From an uncultured Planctomycetia bacterium (lineage in GTDB: Bacteria > Omnitrophota > Gorgyraeia > B26-G9), in the NCBI GenBank assembly GCA_964437495.1, contig CAYTGV010000002.1, positions 87,582 through 151,581 on the forward strand: a DNA stretch of 64,000 nucleotides. Reading direction: 5' to 3'. Position 1 is the first letter of the stretch, and each line of letters opens with the position of its first letter. The position numbers and the translations under genes are program-made. The notes under the pieces are model-generated. The model had not been told where the DNA came from, searched no databases, and worked only from the letters and a program-made list of their open reading frames with translations. Below are positions 1 through 9,941 of the stretch, one piece after another.

Positions 1-393
1 TACTGTATTATTGCCAGGGATTATATGCATATTCGCGCTATGCATTTCTATTTCCCTGCGGGGAATAGGGATTTTTTTTGTCAACCAAAAGTACTAGCGG
101 TTTTTCTGCCAGATTTTCATTGATTTCAAAACAACTTCATCTGACATATTCCCCCATCCCAAATGCCAGATCTACCGGTAATAAGTCAGCTAATTTGCCC
201 CAATTATAATCTTTCCTGGATAAAACATTTGCCTTTATCCTTAAAAAAAAAGAAATTAATGCTTGTAAACAGAATGACAATCACCCAGAAATTTTGCGTT
301 ATTAATACAAACGGCTCCATACTAAATCTCCTGAGGCATAATTTACATTATTATATCCTAACAATAGAACAATTTATACTTCTGACTTTTTTA

Positions 394-3225
394 TCATCTG
401 CAGGCACCTGTAAAAGGACAATTCCGGCATGACTCAGAAGATTCATCAGCAACAAAAGGCACCTTCAAGTCATGAATCTCATCTATTATAAACGAAAGCA
501 TATTAAGGCATAAGCTTAATATCTGATCCTCGTGTCCAAAGTCTTTTGCTTTTGGAAATTGTTCAATTTTAAGATTACGCAGATTATATAATGCCGCGGT
601 TACTCTCATCGCAGGGTATTTCTCCTGTACACAGTGCAGATATAAAGGCAGCTGAAATGATTTGACCGCTTTTTTAATACTTAAGCGACTGGGATTATCC
701 GCGGCCTTTTGCAAAGACATTAGGCCTGCGGGCACCTCATCAGTACTACCCGTTTTATAATCAAGCACAACAATGTGTTCATGATCTTTGCGATCAATGC
801 GGTCTATCCTGAATGTAAAGTTTACATTACGGTTTTTGAGTTTTATTTCCTTTTCAATCTTCTCTTCAAGTCCTTCTAAAGCTTCAATTTTCCGCTCTGG
901 ATTTTCCGCTTCATTGTCGAGAAAACGCTTAAGGCGATATTTCAAAATTTGCTCCAACATAAACCCATCTGATTTCATGCGTTTTGAAAATGTTTTTTTA
1001 AAACGAATTTGGAACTCATCAATAAATTTTGCCCTAAATATAGGGCTGATCACCGGAGTTTTTCCAACAAACACCCCAAACATATCCTCCAGCAGTTTAT
1101 GGACAAAATTACCCACCTCCCGGCTTTCAAGCTCATCAAGCAAATTTTCCTTCTCACTTAATCCAAGAACATATTTAAAGTAAAAATGTAAGGGGCATTT
1201 TAAGTAAACATTTATACTTGATGCAGAAAATCTGATATTTTCCAGGAAATCTTTCATTTTCCTGTCTTTTGGTACTGATCCCACTTTTCGTATAACCTCG
1301 CATTTAAATACAGCACGAGGTACCAATTCTGTATTCAGACATCTTGAAGTTTTTTCCTGCTCCCAAATAAGTTCTTCAATAAAACGGCTTTTCTGCATAT
1401 CAGAACTATCATTATATATAAGATGCACGCTTTTAGCAGAGTTAATAAGCCGCATAAACTGATACCTCTGTATTACCTCCTCTTCTTCTAAGCGATCAAG
1501 GCCAAGGCTTATCATAACAGATCGAGGCACAAGCGGCTCATTTGCACTCAAACGCGGCAGGACTGATTCGTTTACATCAAGAATAATGACATTATCAAAA
1601 CTTAAAGCCCGGGTTTCAAAAAGCCCAATAATTTGCAGCCCCTTTAAGGGCATACCTGAAAATGCAATTTTCTCTGTTTTTAACAACTCATCAAATATTT
1701 TAAATATCTCCAGGACAAGAAATCTTTCCTCTTTAAGATTTTTATTTCTAAATTCTTCACAAAGACTGTATATTTTCTGAATAATTTTTGTATTCAACGG
1801 ATATTTATTTGTATCGCTTTTTGCAACCAGAACATCAAGAAACCTCTCCATTTGCAAAGCAAATCCCCCAAATGAAGATATCTCCTCCCATCCAGAAAAA
1901 ACATATTCATGAAGTTTTAAAAGCCCCTTTTGCAGATCATCTCTACTTATAGGTAAATTCATATTTCTTAACTGCTCAAGCGTTAGATCAAACAGAGGCT
2001 CAAGCTTTTGCACAGATGATAATTCGACAAATAGGCTTCCCCCGATATCTGATTCTTCCATACCTGATAAGATTTCCTCAATCTTATGTATAAGCACACG
2101 GGTAATAGCCGGCTCGGGAAAAATACTTAAGTTTTTAATTAGAGGATGTCTGATAAGGGCCAAATAGTCCTTATTATAATATGCTCTTTTCTTTCTTGTC
2201 TTCTGTGCTCTGTATATGGAATCAAACAGGCTATATATGGTACTGCGCCTTAGCGGATAACCCATTGACACATTAAACTCATCGACATAAGATGATATCT
2301 CCGATAATAAAGGAATTAACGTATTCGGCTGCGGCAAGACAATAACTGTGTTATCATGATTCTGTTTTTTAATCCCCAGCACTTCTTTTACTATCCCTAT
2401 CTGAGAATGCGTATCAAAGCCTGCGTATAACTTTATATCCGGTTTTTTCTTATCAGAATCAACTGCTTTTATATCATGGCCAAAAAACGCTGAAAGCTCT
2501 TCAAACTTGGGCCAGCTTCCATGGTCCTTTTGAAAGAACAATGTTGCCCGGTCTTTATCAAAGTAATGTTTAATTATTTGTTTTTCAGTCGCATACAGAT
2601 CAAAGAAGTTGCAGAATAAAATTTGTTCAAATTCAGCAAGTTCCGAATCCTTTACTCTTTCCGCGGCCCTCAAATAGAGCAAGCCTCTTGAATATTTATT
2701 AATCTGCTTCATCTTTTTATGGTAAAGCTCACGTATTAACACAATATTCTCAAGCAGTTTATTGATCGATTCCGGGACTTCATATCCTATCTGTGCGTTC
2801 TTCTCTATATTACGCAAACGAACTGAGAATATATTTTGCAAATCCAGCTGATTGACAAAAGAAAGGATTTCCCTTGCCCATGGCAGAAATTGAGAAAATT
2901 TACTACGTGATTTTAATATCTCAGGTACTTTTTGCCTTGCAATACTATAAACAGTATAGGCTGCTTCCAGTTCAGGTATCATTGCACTTTTTCCATTTTT
3001 TTCAAGAACATAATGCATGAACTCGTCAATAGAGAAAAACACAGGCGGAATAAAACTTTTTTTTAACTTGTTAGCCAAAGCCTTCTTAAGAAATAATGCC
3101 GGACGTTTACCCCCAAAAACAACCGCCACTTTGCTCAGGTTATTACTTTTTGCATTTTTTATAATAAAATCTGCGATCTTTTCTATGAAATTATCACTAA
3201 AGTTATATGTTATTATTCTGCTCAT
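394..3225 (-). CDS. AddB-like helicase-nuclease subunit (PD-(D/E)XK nuclease with Fe-S cysteine cluster, degenerate ATPase)
   Basis: 943-aa ORF. It has a degenerate Walker-A-like 'VVFGGKRP', a C-terminal RecB-family nuclease motif 'LDYKTGS', and a terminal 'CRNCPFTGAC' (CxxCx5C) typical of the AddB iron-staple nuclease domain. It lies immediately downstream of the UvrD-like addA partner. Confidence 0.7.
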   Translation of the reverse strand: MSRIITYNFSDNFIEKIADFIIKNAKSNNLSKVAVVFGGKRPALFLKKALANKLKKSFIPPVFFSIDEFMHYVLEKNGKSAMIPELEAAYTVYSIARQKVPEILKSRSKFSQFLPWAREILSFVNQLDLQNIFSVRLRNIEKNAQIGYEVPESINKLLENIVLIRELYHKKMKQINKYSRGLLYLRAAERVKDSELAEFEQILFCNFFDLYATEKQIIKHYFDKDRATLFFQKDHGSWPKFEELSAFFGHDIKAVDSDKKKPDIKLYAGFDTHSQIGIVKEVLGIKKQNHDNTVIVLPQPNTLIPLLSEISSYVDEFNVSMGYPLRRSTIYSLFDSIYRAQKTRKKRAYYNKDYLALIRHPLIKNLSIFPEPAITRVLIHKIEEILSGMEESDIGGSLFVELSSVQKLEPLFDLTLEQLRNMNLPISRDDLQKGLLKLHEYVFSGWEEISSFGGFALQMERFLDVLVAKSDTNKYPLNTKIIQKIYSLCEEFRNKNLKEERFLVLEIFKIFDELLKTEKIAFSGMPLKGLQIIGLFETRALSFDNVIILDVNESVLPRLSANEPLVPRSVMISLGLDRLEEEEVIQRYQFMRLINSAKSVHLIYNDSSDMQKSRFIEELIWEQEKTSRCLNTELVPRAVFKCEVIRKVGSVPKDRKMKDFLENIRFSASSINVYLKCPLHFYFKYVLGLSEKENLLDELESREVGNFVHKLLEDMFGVFVGKTPVISPIFRAKFIDEFQIRFKKTFSKRMKSDGFMLEQILKYRLKRFLDNEAENPERKIEALEGLEEKIEKEIKLKNRNVNFTFRIDRIDRKDHEHIVVLDYKTGSTDEVPAGLMSLQKAADNPSRLSIKKAVKSFQLPLYLHCVQEKYPAMRVTAALYNLRNLKIEQFPKAKDFGHEDQILSLCLNMLSFIIDEIHDLKVPFVADESSESCRNCPFTGACR

Positions 3226-3338
3226 ATGAGTATTTTTCAGCTTTTAGTATTGCGTTTCGCGCATTGATTAAAAACTGATTTTAAAAAACAGTTTTTTGCA
3301 ATAATCTCGACACAATACAAATTCAAAAACAGTTAAAT

Positions 3339-6300
3339 TTATATCTCTACAACTTTCAAGTCATCCATGTACAATAAATATCCCCGCACTTTTTTATTTT
3401 GATATACCTCGCGCAATATCTGCATATACTCTTTCATTTGACTGATATGCCCGTCTTTGCCAACTTGCGAGCTCTTATAGTCTATGACCAAAACCTCCTT
3501 GTCTTTTACTACTAAACGGTCAATACGATATGTGCGTCCATACTTATCGACAAATTCTTTTTCTCTGTAGATACTCCACCGACGATCGCAGAAAAAAAAC
3601 TGCTTAGTAATCTTTGCGCAAATAATTCTTTCTATTGTAACTATATAGCTATCTGTATCTTCAACTTCGGAATACAGGTTTTCAATCACAGCTCTAAGGG
3701 TTTCTAAGCATTCAGACGGTTTCTGGCTATTCAAATTATCAACCTGTGCAAGCAATTCGTGCAGCAACTCCCCTGTCTTAATGTTTTTTCTATTGCTAAG
3801 CTCATTATCCTGAGGAAATTCCTCTTTTAAGGCAGATACCCAGTTCTTATATTCAGGCATGCTTATATGCAGCTGCTTAGGCTCATAACCGACATCCTTT
3901 TTACTGTATTGCCTCTGTTCACCTCGTTCGGTAATACCCTCCGGGATTAAAAACAAGGCCGGATTATTGTCCCGTTTAACATTGCTTGAGACAAAGATAT
4001 ATAGTTCACATTGCGCGCGGGTAAATGTTACGTAAATTACGTTCAATTCATCAATAAATGATTTTACATATTCACGCTGATAAATATCGCGGATACGGCT
4101 TGAAAATTTAGCATATTTACTATCTAAGCGTAATAAACCGAATTTTCCCGACACCTGTTTTTCATAAACAACATATGAAGCCTTAGAGCTCCTTGTCCGC
4201 AAACCGCCGACATTCATATCAAGGAAAGGGACAACAACTACGGCAAAGCCAAGGCCCTTAGCCTTATGTATGGTCATAACCTTTACGGCATTTTGATCGG
4301 AAAAATTTACATACAGATGCTTTTCCCCAATCACCTCAATAGATTCAAGAAAGAAACTAATATCAGAATTTTCCTCCTCAAGCTTCATCACTAACTCCAA
4401 AAGATGCATAAAAAACCCTTGAAATTTTTCAAAGTAATTAAAAACTAAAAATTTATGTAAAATACTTACTAATAACTCATACAATGAGACAAAACCAACA
4501 CTCTTAAAAAAATCCGCAATAAATTCATCCCAAATCTCAGTGAATTGTTTTCTAAAAGCACGGTATAAAGATCCGGAAGTTTTAGCATTTTTTTTATTGA
4601 ACTCAAAAATAAAGTCACTTATCTTTTGCCTATCTAAAGAAGTTGCAGTTGTGAAAATCTCTCCCAGAATAAACGAGCTAAAAGCAATATCATCTATCGG
4701 AGAGTTTAGGAATTGTAAAAAAGCAATAATTTCTCTGATTAAAGAATTGTACATAATATTAAGAGTACGCTCTGATTCTACATTTATCCTCTCCTGGGAA
4801 AGCCAGCCTGTAACAAGCTCTATCTCTTTATTACTGCGGCATAAAACAGCAATCGACTTCAAAGGAAACCTTTGTTTTAAAGATTCCATGGTTTCAATTA
4901 ACCGCAGCCTTATAAGCTCCTCACTTTCCTGCTTGTCTTCATAGGCAATATTATCGATTTTTACATATCCATGATGCTTATTTGGCTCCTCAGACTGGTT
5001 AGAATCAGCAAACACATTTAAAATCTCCTGGATTTGCGTTTTATTTAAAATCCTTAATGTATCTTTTTCTCTTTCCTGCTGGGTCTCCAGAAATAGTTTA
5101 AGATTTGATCTTGAAAATATAAGGTTATTAAACTGTACTATTTCCCTCTGTGAGCGATAATTAGTCCGAAGCGATGTTTTGTCATTAATATTGAACTGGG
5201 CAAAATCAGTTTTGATATCATCAAAAAGCTTTACATTTCCACCTCGAAAACGGTATATAGCCTGTTTTTTATCCCCCACATAAAATAATGAACCCCCAGT
5301 TGATAATGCCTCCTCGATCATTAGAAAAAGGTTATTCCACTGCAATTTATTTGTGTCTTGGAATTCATCGATAAGATAATGCCTAAAACGGCTGGCCATA
5401 CGGTAATAAAGTTCAGGCACACTAATAACTGCTTCCTCAAACAGAACACTTGATTGTTTGTTAAGTTCCTCCATAAACACAACATCATCTTTTTGCGCAT
5501 AATCACGGAAAATCTCGTAAACCCTTTCAAATACATCTATATAGCAGTTAAATAATGACAAGGCCTCTTTTTCACTTAAAATAATAATATTCTTTCTGAA
5601 GTCACTCCACAATCCTGTTATATCCGGGGTTGCTTCGAAGCCTTTATTCATCGGCAATGTATCACTCTGAAAGGATTTTTTAACCAAATCCGCTATATTG
5701 AATCCATGCGTATTCGTTTTTACAAACTTCCCCAGGGTTTTTAGAAATGTCTTATTCATGCCCTCTAAATTTGCATTATGAATTTTGTTAAGAATTTCCA
5801 GAACCTGCTGCTTTAAAATGATAAGCTCCTTAGCCGAAACAGGGAATTTTTCAAAACTCCCTCCATAAACATTGATATTAGAGAACATACCCTTCAAAAT
5901 ATCCAGCATATCATGCTTTGGAAACCAGCCAGTACGATTTTCAAGAAACAAATACTGATTCAGAAAGCTTTCAAATATATCTTTTATAAGCGGATCAATA
6001 GCTGCTTTATCAATACATTCATCAAGAGCATAGGACACATATGAGGAATAGTCCTCTTTAATCCTGAAATTAGCGGATAATTTTAGTTCAGAAGCACAAC
6101 CTGATAAGATAACATTGATGAATTTGTCAATATTCTTTACCTGGAAAAAATTATAATGAGAAATTATATAATCAATTATAGTAAAGGCTTCTTTGCCCGC
6201 CGCCTCTTCCTTTAGGCCTACAGCATTTAAAAAATCCTGTTTTTCCGCAGTTCCGGAAAAAGCATTGAGCGCGAATTTCTTTAGCTGTTCCAATATCCTT

Positions 6301-6620
6301 TCCCGCATTTCCCGCGTTGCTTTAAGAGTAAAGGTGATCGCCAGAATACTTCTAAGCGGTATCTGCTCTTGCTTTAAACGCGGATCCATTAAAAGTTGTA
6401 TAAAGCGTTTTGCCAACTCATATGTCTTTCCAGATCCTGCAGACGCTTCAACAATCTTAACTTCCGGGAATAATAAATTAGAATTATAGGCTTGATTCAT
6501 AAAAAATAGGGTTCTTTCTTTTTTTAGGATGTCCAAATGAATTTGATTACACAGATTCATTCTATGTCGAGCATAAACAATCACTTTAATCTTGTTTCTT
6601 TTATTGTGATCATCGGCCAT
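3339..6620 (-). CDS. AddA/RecB-like UvrD-family helicase-nuclease
   Basis: 1093-aa ORF. It has an N-terminal Walker A 'EASAGSGKTYELAKR', UvrD/Rep helicase motifs ('VDEFQDTN'), and a C-terminal PD-(D/E)XK nuclease 'VLVIDYKSS'. Confidence 0.75.
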   Translation of the reverse strand: MADDHNKRNKIKVIVYARHRMNLCNQIHLDILKKERTLFFMNQAYNSNLLFPEVKIVEASAGSGKTYELAKRFIQLLMDPRLKQEQIPLRSILAITFTLKATREMRERILEQLKKFALNAFSGTAEKQDFLNAVGLKEEAAGKEAFTIIDYIISHYNFFQVKNIDKFINVILSGCASELKLSANFRIKEDYSSYVSYALDECIDKAAIDPLIKDIFESFLNQYLFLENRTGWFPKHDMLDILKGMFSNINVYGGSFEKFPVSAKELIILKQQVLEILNKIHNANLEGMNKTFLKTLGKFVKTNTHGFNIADLVKKSFQSDTLPMNKGFEATPDITGLWSDFRKNIIILSEKEALSLFNCYIDVFERVYEIFRDYAQKDDVVFMEELNKQSSVLFEEAVISVPELYYRMASRFRHYLIDEFQDTNKLQWNNLFLMIEEALSTGGSLFYVGDKKQAIYRFRGGNVKLFDDIKTDFAQFNINDKTSLRTNYRSQREIVQFNNLIFSRSNLKLFLETQQEREKDTLRILNKTQIQEILNVFADSNQSEEPNKHHGYVKIDNIAYEDKQESEELIRLRLIETMESLKQRFPLKSIAVLCRSNKEIELVTGWLSQERINVESERTLNIMYNSLIREIIAFLQFLNSPIDDIAFSSFILGEIFTTATSLDRQKISDFIFEFNKKNAKTSGSLYRAFRKQFTEIWDEFIADFFKSVGFVSLYELLVSILHKFLVFNYFEKFQGFFMHLLELVMKLEEENSDISFFLESIEVIGEKHLYVNFSDQNAVKVMTIHKAKGLGFAVVVVPFLDMNVGGLRTRSSKASYVVYEKQVSGKFGLLRLDSKYAKFSSRIRDIYQREYVKSFIDELNVIYVTFTRAQCELYIFVSSNVKRDNNPALFLIPEGITERGEQRQYSKKDVGYEPKQLHISMPEYKNWVSALKEEFPQDNELSNRKNIKTGELLHELLAQVDNLNSQKPSECLETLRAVIENLYSEVEDTDSYIVTIERIICAKITKQFFFCDRRWSIYREKEFVDKYGRTYRIDRLVVKDKEVLVIDYKSSQVGKDGHISQMKEYMQILREVYQNKKVRGYLLYMDDLKVVEI

Positions 6621-6769
6621 TCGTGTATCTATCTAATTACTTCACTCTGATTGTATCACCAAATTTTTTTCATCCTAAATAGGAATGGCCATAAAATATT
6701 ATATCAAAATGGGGAAAAAAAGACCAGCGGTAACTATGACTTACTTGAAATCAACTTATTACAAATAAA

Positions 6770-9700
6770 TTAATCCTGTTTAGGCAGGTCAGATATCTTC
6801 TCAAATCCCTTCCAGTCATAGGAATAAGCCTTCTTGCGCCTAGGTTTAAACATAAGCGGAATATCTGTAAAAAGAAGGAAAATGCTAGGTACTATAAAAA
6901 GCGTGAAAATAGTTGATATAGAAAGTCCCCCAAGAACGGTAATTGCCAGGGGAGCCCATAACCCTGCGCCTTCTGTTCTGTCAAGAGCCATTGGCAGCAA
7001 TCCGAACAATGTTGTGAACGATGTCATCATTATCGGGCGAAGTCTATCCAATCCTGCAAGCATTGCCGCCTTGTATCTATTAGTCTTTTTCTCTCTCAGA
7101 AAGTAGTTGATTCTATCCACAAGTATTATTGCATTATTAACTACAATACCAGCAAGCATTATGATCCCAATAAACACAGAGACACTTTTAGGCTTTTTAA
7201 ATATTGAAAGCGCTATGGTCACACCAATAAGAGCCAACGGAACCGAGGAAAGAATAACAAGCGGCTGAATAAAAGAAGCAAACAAAGATGCCAGAACCAT
7301 ATATATCAAAGCAATGGTAACCCATGTAACAAATACAAGTTCACTTTTACCTTTGATCATTTTTTCATAATCACCTCCGAACCGATAGTAATAATTCTTA
7401 GGTAATTTCATTTCAGAAAGTGATTCTTGAACAATAGCTACTGATTTGGAAAGATCATATTTCGACATTGTTGCACTTACTTCTATCATTCTTTGTTTAT
7501 TTTTCCGCCATATTTCTGTCGGACCTTCGCCTGGTTTAAACTCAGCCAGCTGCTGAAAATATATTGTATTACCCTCTCCGGTAACTAGAGTAAGCTTATG
7601 CACATCATTAAATGTCTTTCTGTCTTCTCGGCGCAGCCTGGCAATAGTTTCAACCTGCTTAGATTCAGAATGAAATCTTGTGGCTACCAAGCCTCGCATT
7701 TTCGCGTGTACTGTATCAGAGATCTGTGATACACTCAGTCCCCATTTCGCAGCTCTGGATTTATTGATCACAGCCAGGAGTTCAGGTCTTTTTTCTCTCA
7801 TTCTTATTTTTACATCCACAAAACCAGGGATAGAGCCCACGCGTTTTGAAATATTTACTGCGATTTCCCGCAAAGTATTATAATCATAGCCATAAAGTTC
7901 AATATGCAATTCCTTGGCTGACATGCTCTGCGGCTCTTCAAAGTAAATAAAGGCATTAGGAATGTCTCTTACTCTTTCTCTTAAATAATCAATGACTTCC
8001 TTGTTTGAACGTTCCCGTTTGGAAAGAGGGAGAAGCTTTACAAATACCCTGCTTGACCACGGCTTAATTCGACTTGAAAGTGTCTTCACTTCAGAAACTT
8101 CTGCTAAAATTTCTTCTACCTTCTTAATCACTTGATCAGAAATATCCAGCTTGGCACCTGTGGGCAGCTCTACAAAAATTGTGAATTCATTCTCCTCTGT
8201 TTTTCCCAAAAATTCCATACCCAGTTTTTCTGAAAAAACATAGAATGATATACCAAATATACAAAAAACAGCAATAACCAAATAAAGACGAAACCTCAAT
8301 GCCCTGCCCAAAGAAATCCTATACATATTATGTAACGACTTCAACACTCTATTTGATAGCGGCGGACGTTTTTCCTCCTTTTTCTCATCTTTGACCTCAT
8401 AGAACCAGACTTCGTCCTTTTCTTTCTCTTTAATCGGCTTTTCCTGCTTCTTTTTTCCAAAAAAAGCCGATAAAACCGGAACAAGAGTAACCGCAACAAG
8501 CAAACTGGCAACCAAGGCATAAACAATGGTCATGGCCAGGCCTTCATACAATAATCTTATCTCTTTATTAACGAAAATAAACGGCAGAAAAACAATGATT
8601 GTCGTCAGTGTTGAAGCAAATATCGCCAGCCACATCTCTTCTGCGCCAACACTAGCCGCTTCTTTGCGACCCAGCCCTTGACTGCGTTTTTTAGAGATAT
8701 TATCCAGCACAACAATAGCATTATCAACCAACATACCGCTGCCAAGCGCCAATCCGCTCAAAGTCATGATATTCAGTGTAAGCTTTTGAAAAAACATCAT
8801 GAAAAAGGTGCATATAATTGCTGTGGGGATAGCAATACCTACAGTAACGGTTGAGCTCAGATCACGCAAAAAAATCCAAAGCACGCATATCGCCAGGAAT
8901 CCACCAAACAGTAATGAGCTTTGAACATCATTTATAGCTTTACGAATAAAATCTCCCTGATTGTAAACCGGAATAAGGCGAATGCCTCTTTCTGAAAGAT
9001 TTTCTATTTTCTTGAAATTCTCAATCTCTTTAATGATTGAATCTGTCATCTTAAGAGTATTAGCCATACTTTCTTTCTGTACGTAAACAGAGACTGTCGG
9101 AGCAAGGTTAGTACGAGAATAGCTTGTAGCTTCAAGGTAAGAGTCTTTGACTTTTGCTAAATCTTTTAAACGTATTATTGCTCCTGATTCGGTCGCAGCA
9201 ATGCCTATATTTTCAATATCATGCATATCCTTAAACTCACCAATAATTCTGGTCAGAAATTTATCATTCTCCCTCCATACCTCTCCTGCAAGCAGATTTA
9301 AATTATTTGAGCCTAAAACATTTATTACCTTATTAATCGGCATTTTGTAAGCATCCAGCTTTGACTGCTGGATTTCAACAAGTATCTTTCTTTCTCTTCT
9401 GCCTCCAATCTCTACATCCGCAACACCGTTTATTCGTTCCAGCCTTGTCTTTAAACTCTCATCTACTATCTTACCCAGCATTTCGGGAGTATAGCGCTTA
9501 CCTCCAGTCATCGCCAGGATCATAACCGGAACATCCGAATATTCATATTTAGCAATAACCGGTTTCTCTATTTCTTCCGGCAAATCATTTTTCACCCTGG
9601 CAAATTTTTCTCTTACCTCTAAAGCGGCAAAATCCATATTCGTTCCAGGTTCAAATTTTATTACTATAGTAGCGCTTGCTTCTTCAGATGTGGATTCAAT

Positions 9701-9940
9701 ACTCCGCACATGACTCACTGAAGAAACAGCTTCTTCAACAGGACGGGTTATTCTTTCTTCGATTTCAACCGGAGGGATACCACCACGGACATTAATAAAA
9801 ATAGTAACATTACCAAAACTTGTATTAGGCATTAGTTCTACAGGCAGTTTACCTAAAGAAACTATACCCATTATCAAAGCACCTAAAAAGATCATAAAAA
9901 TCGTAATCGGCCGGTTTACCGAATAGCGCGGTAGGCTCAT
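6770..9940 (-). CDS. RND efflux transporter permease (AcrB/MdtC-like), second of a tandem pair
   Basis: 1056-aa ORF with the 12-TM RND architecture, large periplasmic loops and typical AcrB-family motifs. It follows the upstream RND gene with a 1-nt gap. Confidence 0.85.
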   Translation of the reverse strand: MSLPRYSVNRPITIFMIFLGALIMGIVSLGKLPVELMPNTSFGNVTIFINVRGGIPPVEIEERITRPVEEAVSSVSHVRSIESTSEEASATIVIKFEPGTNMDFAALEVREKFARVKNDLPEEIEKPVIAKYEYSDVPVMILAMTGGKRYTPEMLGKIVDESLKTRLERINGVADVEIGGRRERKILVEIQQSKLDAYKMPINKVINVLGSNNLNLLAGEVWRENDKFLTRIIGEFKDMHDIENIGIAATESGAIIRLKDLAKVKDSYLEATSYSRTNLAPTVSVYVQKESMANTLKMTDSIIKEIENFKKIENLSERGIRLIPVYNQGDFIRKAINDVQSSLLFGGFLAICVLWIFLRDLSSTVTVGIAIPTAIICTFFMMFFQKLTLNIMTLSGLALGSGMLVDNAIVVLDNISKKRSQGLGRKEAASVGAEEMWLAIFASTLTTIIVFLPFIFVNKEIRLLYEGLAMTIVYALVASLLVAVTLVPVLSAFFGKKKQEKPIKEKEKDEVWFYEVKDEKKEEKRPPLSNRVLKSLHNMYRISLGRALRFRLYLVIAVFCIFGISFYVFSEKLGMEFLGKTEENEFTIFVELPTGAKLDISDQVIKKVEEILAEVSEVKTLSSRIKPWSSRVFVKLLPLSKRERSNKEVIDYLRERVRDIPNAFIYFEEPQSMSAKELHIELYGYDYNTLREIAVNISKRVGSIPGFVDVKIRMREKRPELLAVINKSRAAKWGLSVSQISDTVHAKMRGLVATRFHSESKQVETIARLRREDRKTFNDVHKLTLVTGEGNTIYFQQLAEFKPGEGPTEIWRKNKQRMIEVSATMSKYDLSKSVAIVQESLSEMKLPKNYYYRFGGDYEKMIKGKSELVFVTWVTIALIYMVLASLFASFIQPLVILSSVPLALIGVTIALSIFKKPKSVSVFIGIIMLAGIVVNNAIILVDRINYFLREKKTNRYKAAMLAGLDRLRPIMMTSFTTLFGLLPMALDRTEGAGLWAPLAITVLGGLSISTIFTLFIVPSIFLLFTDIPLMFKPRRKKAYSYDWKGFEKISDLPKQD

Positions 9941-9941
9941 T

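Noticed and set aside
163-432. 89-aa plus-strand ORF at the left edge
   Set aside because: It has low-complexity, AT-driven composition and no motif. It overlaps the addB 3' end and lies in a terminator-like region. It is most likely non-coding.
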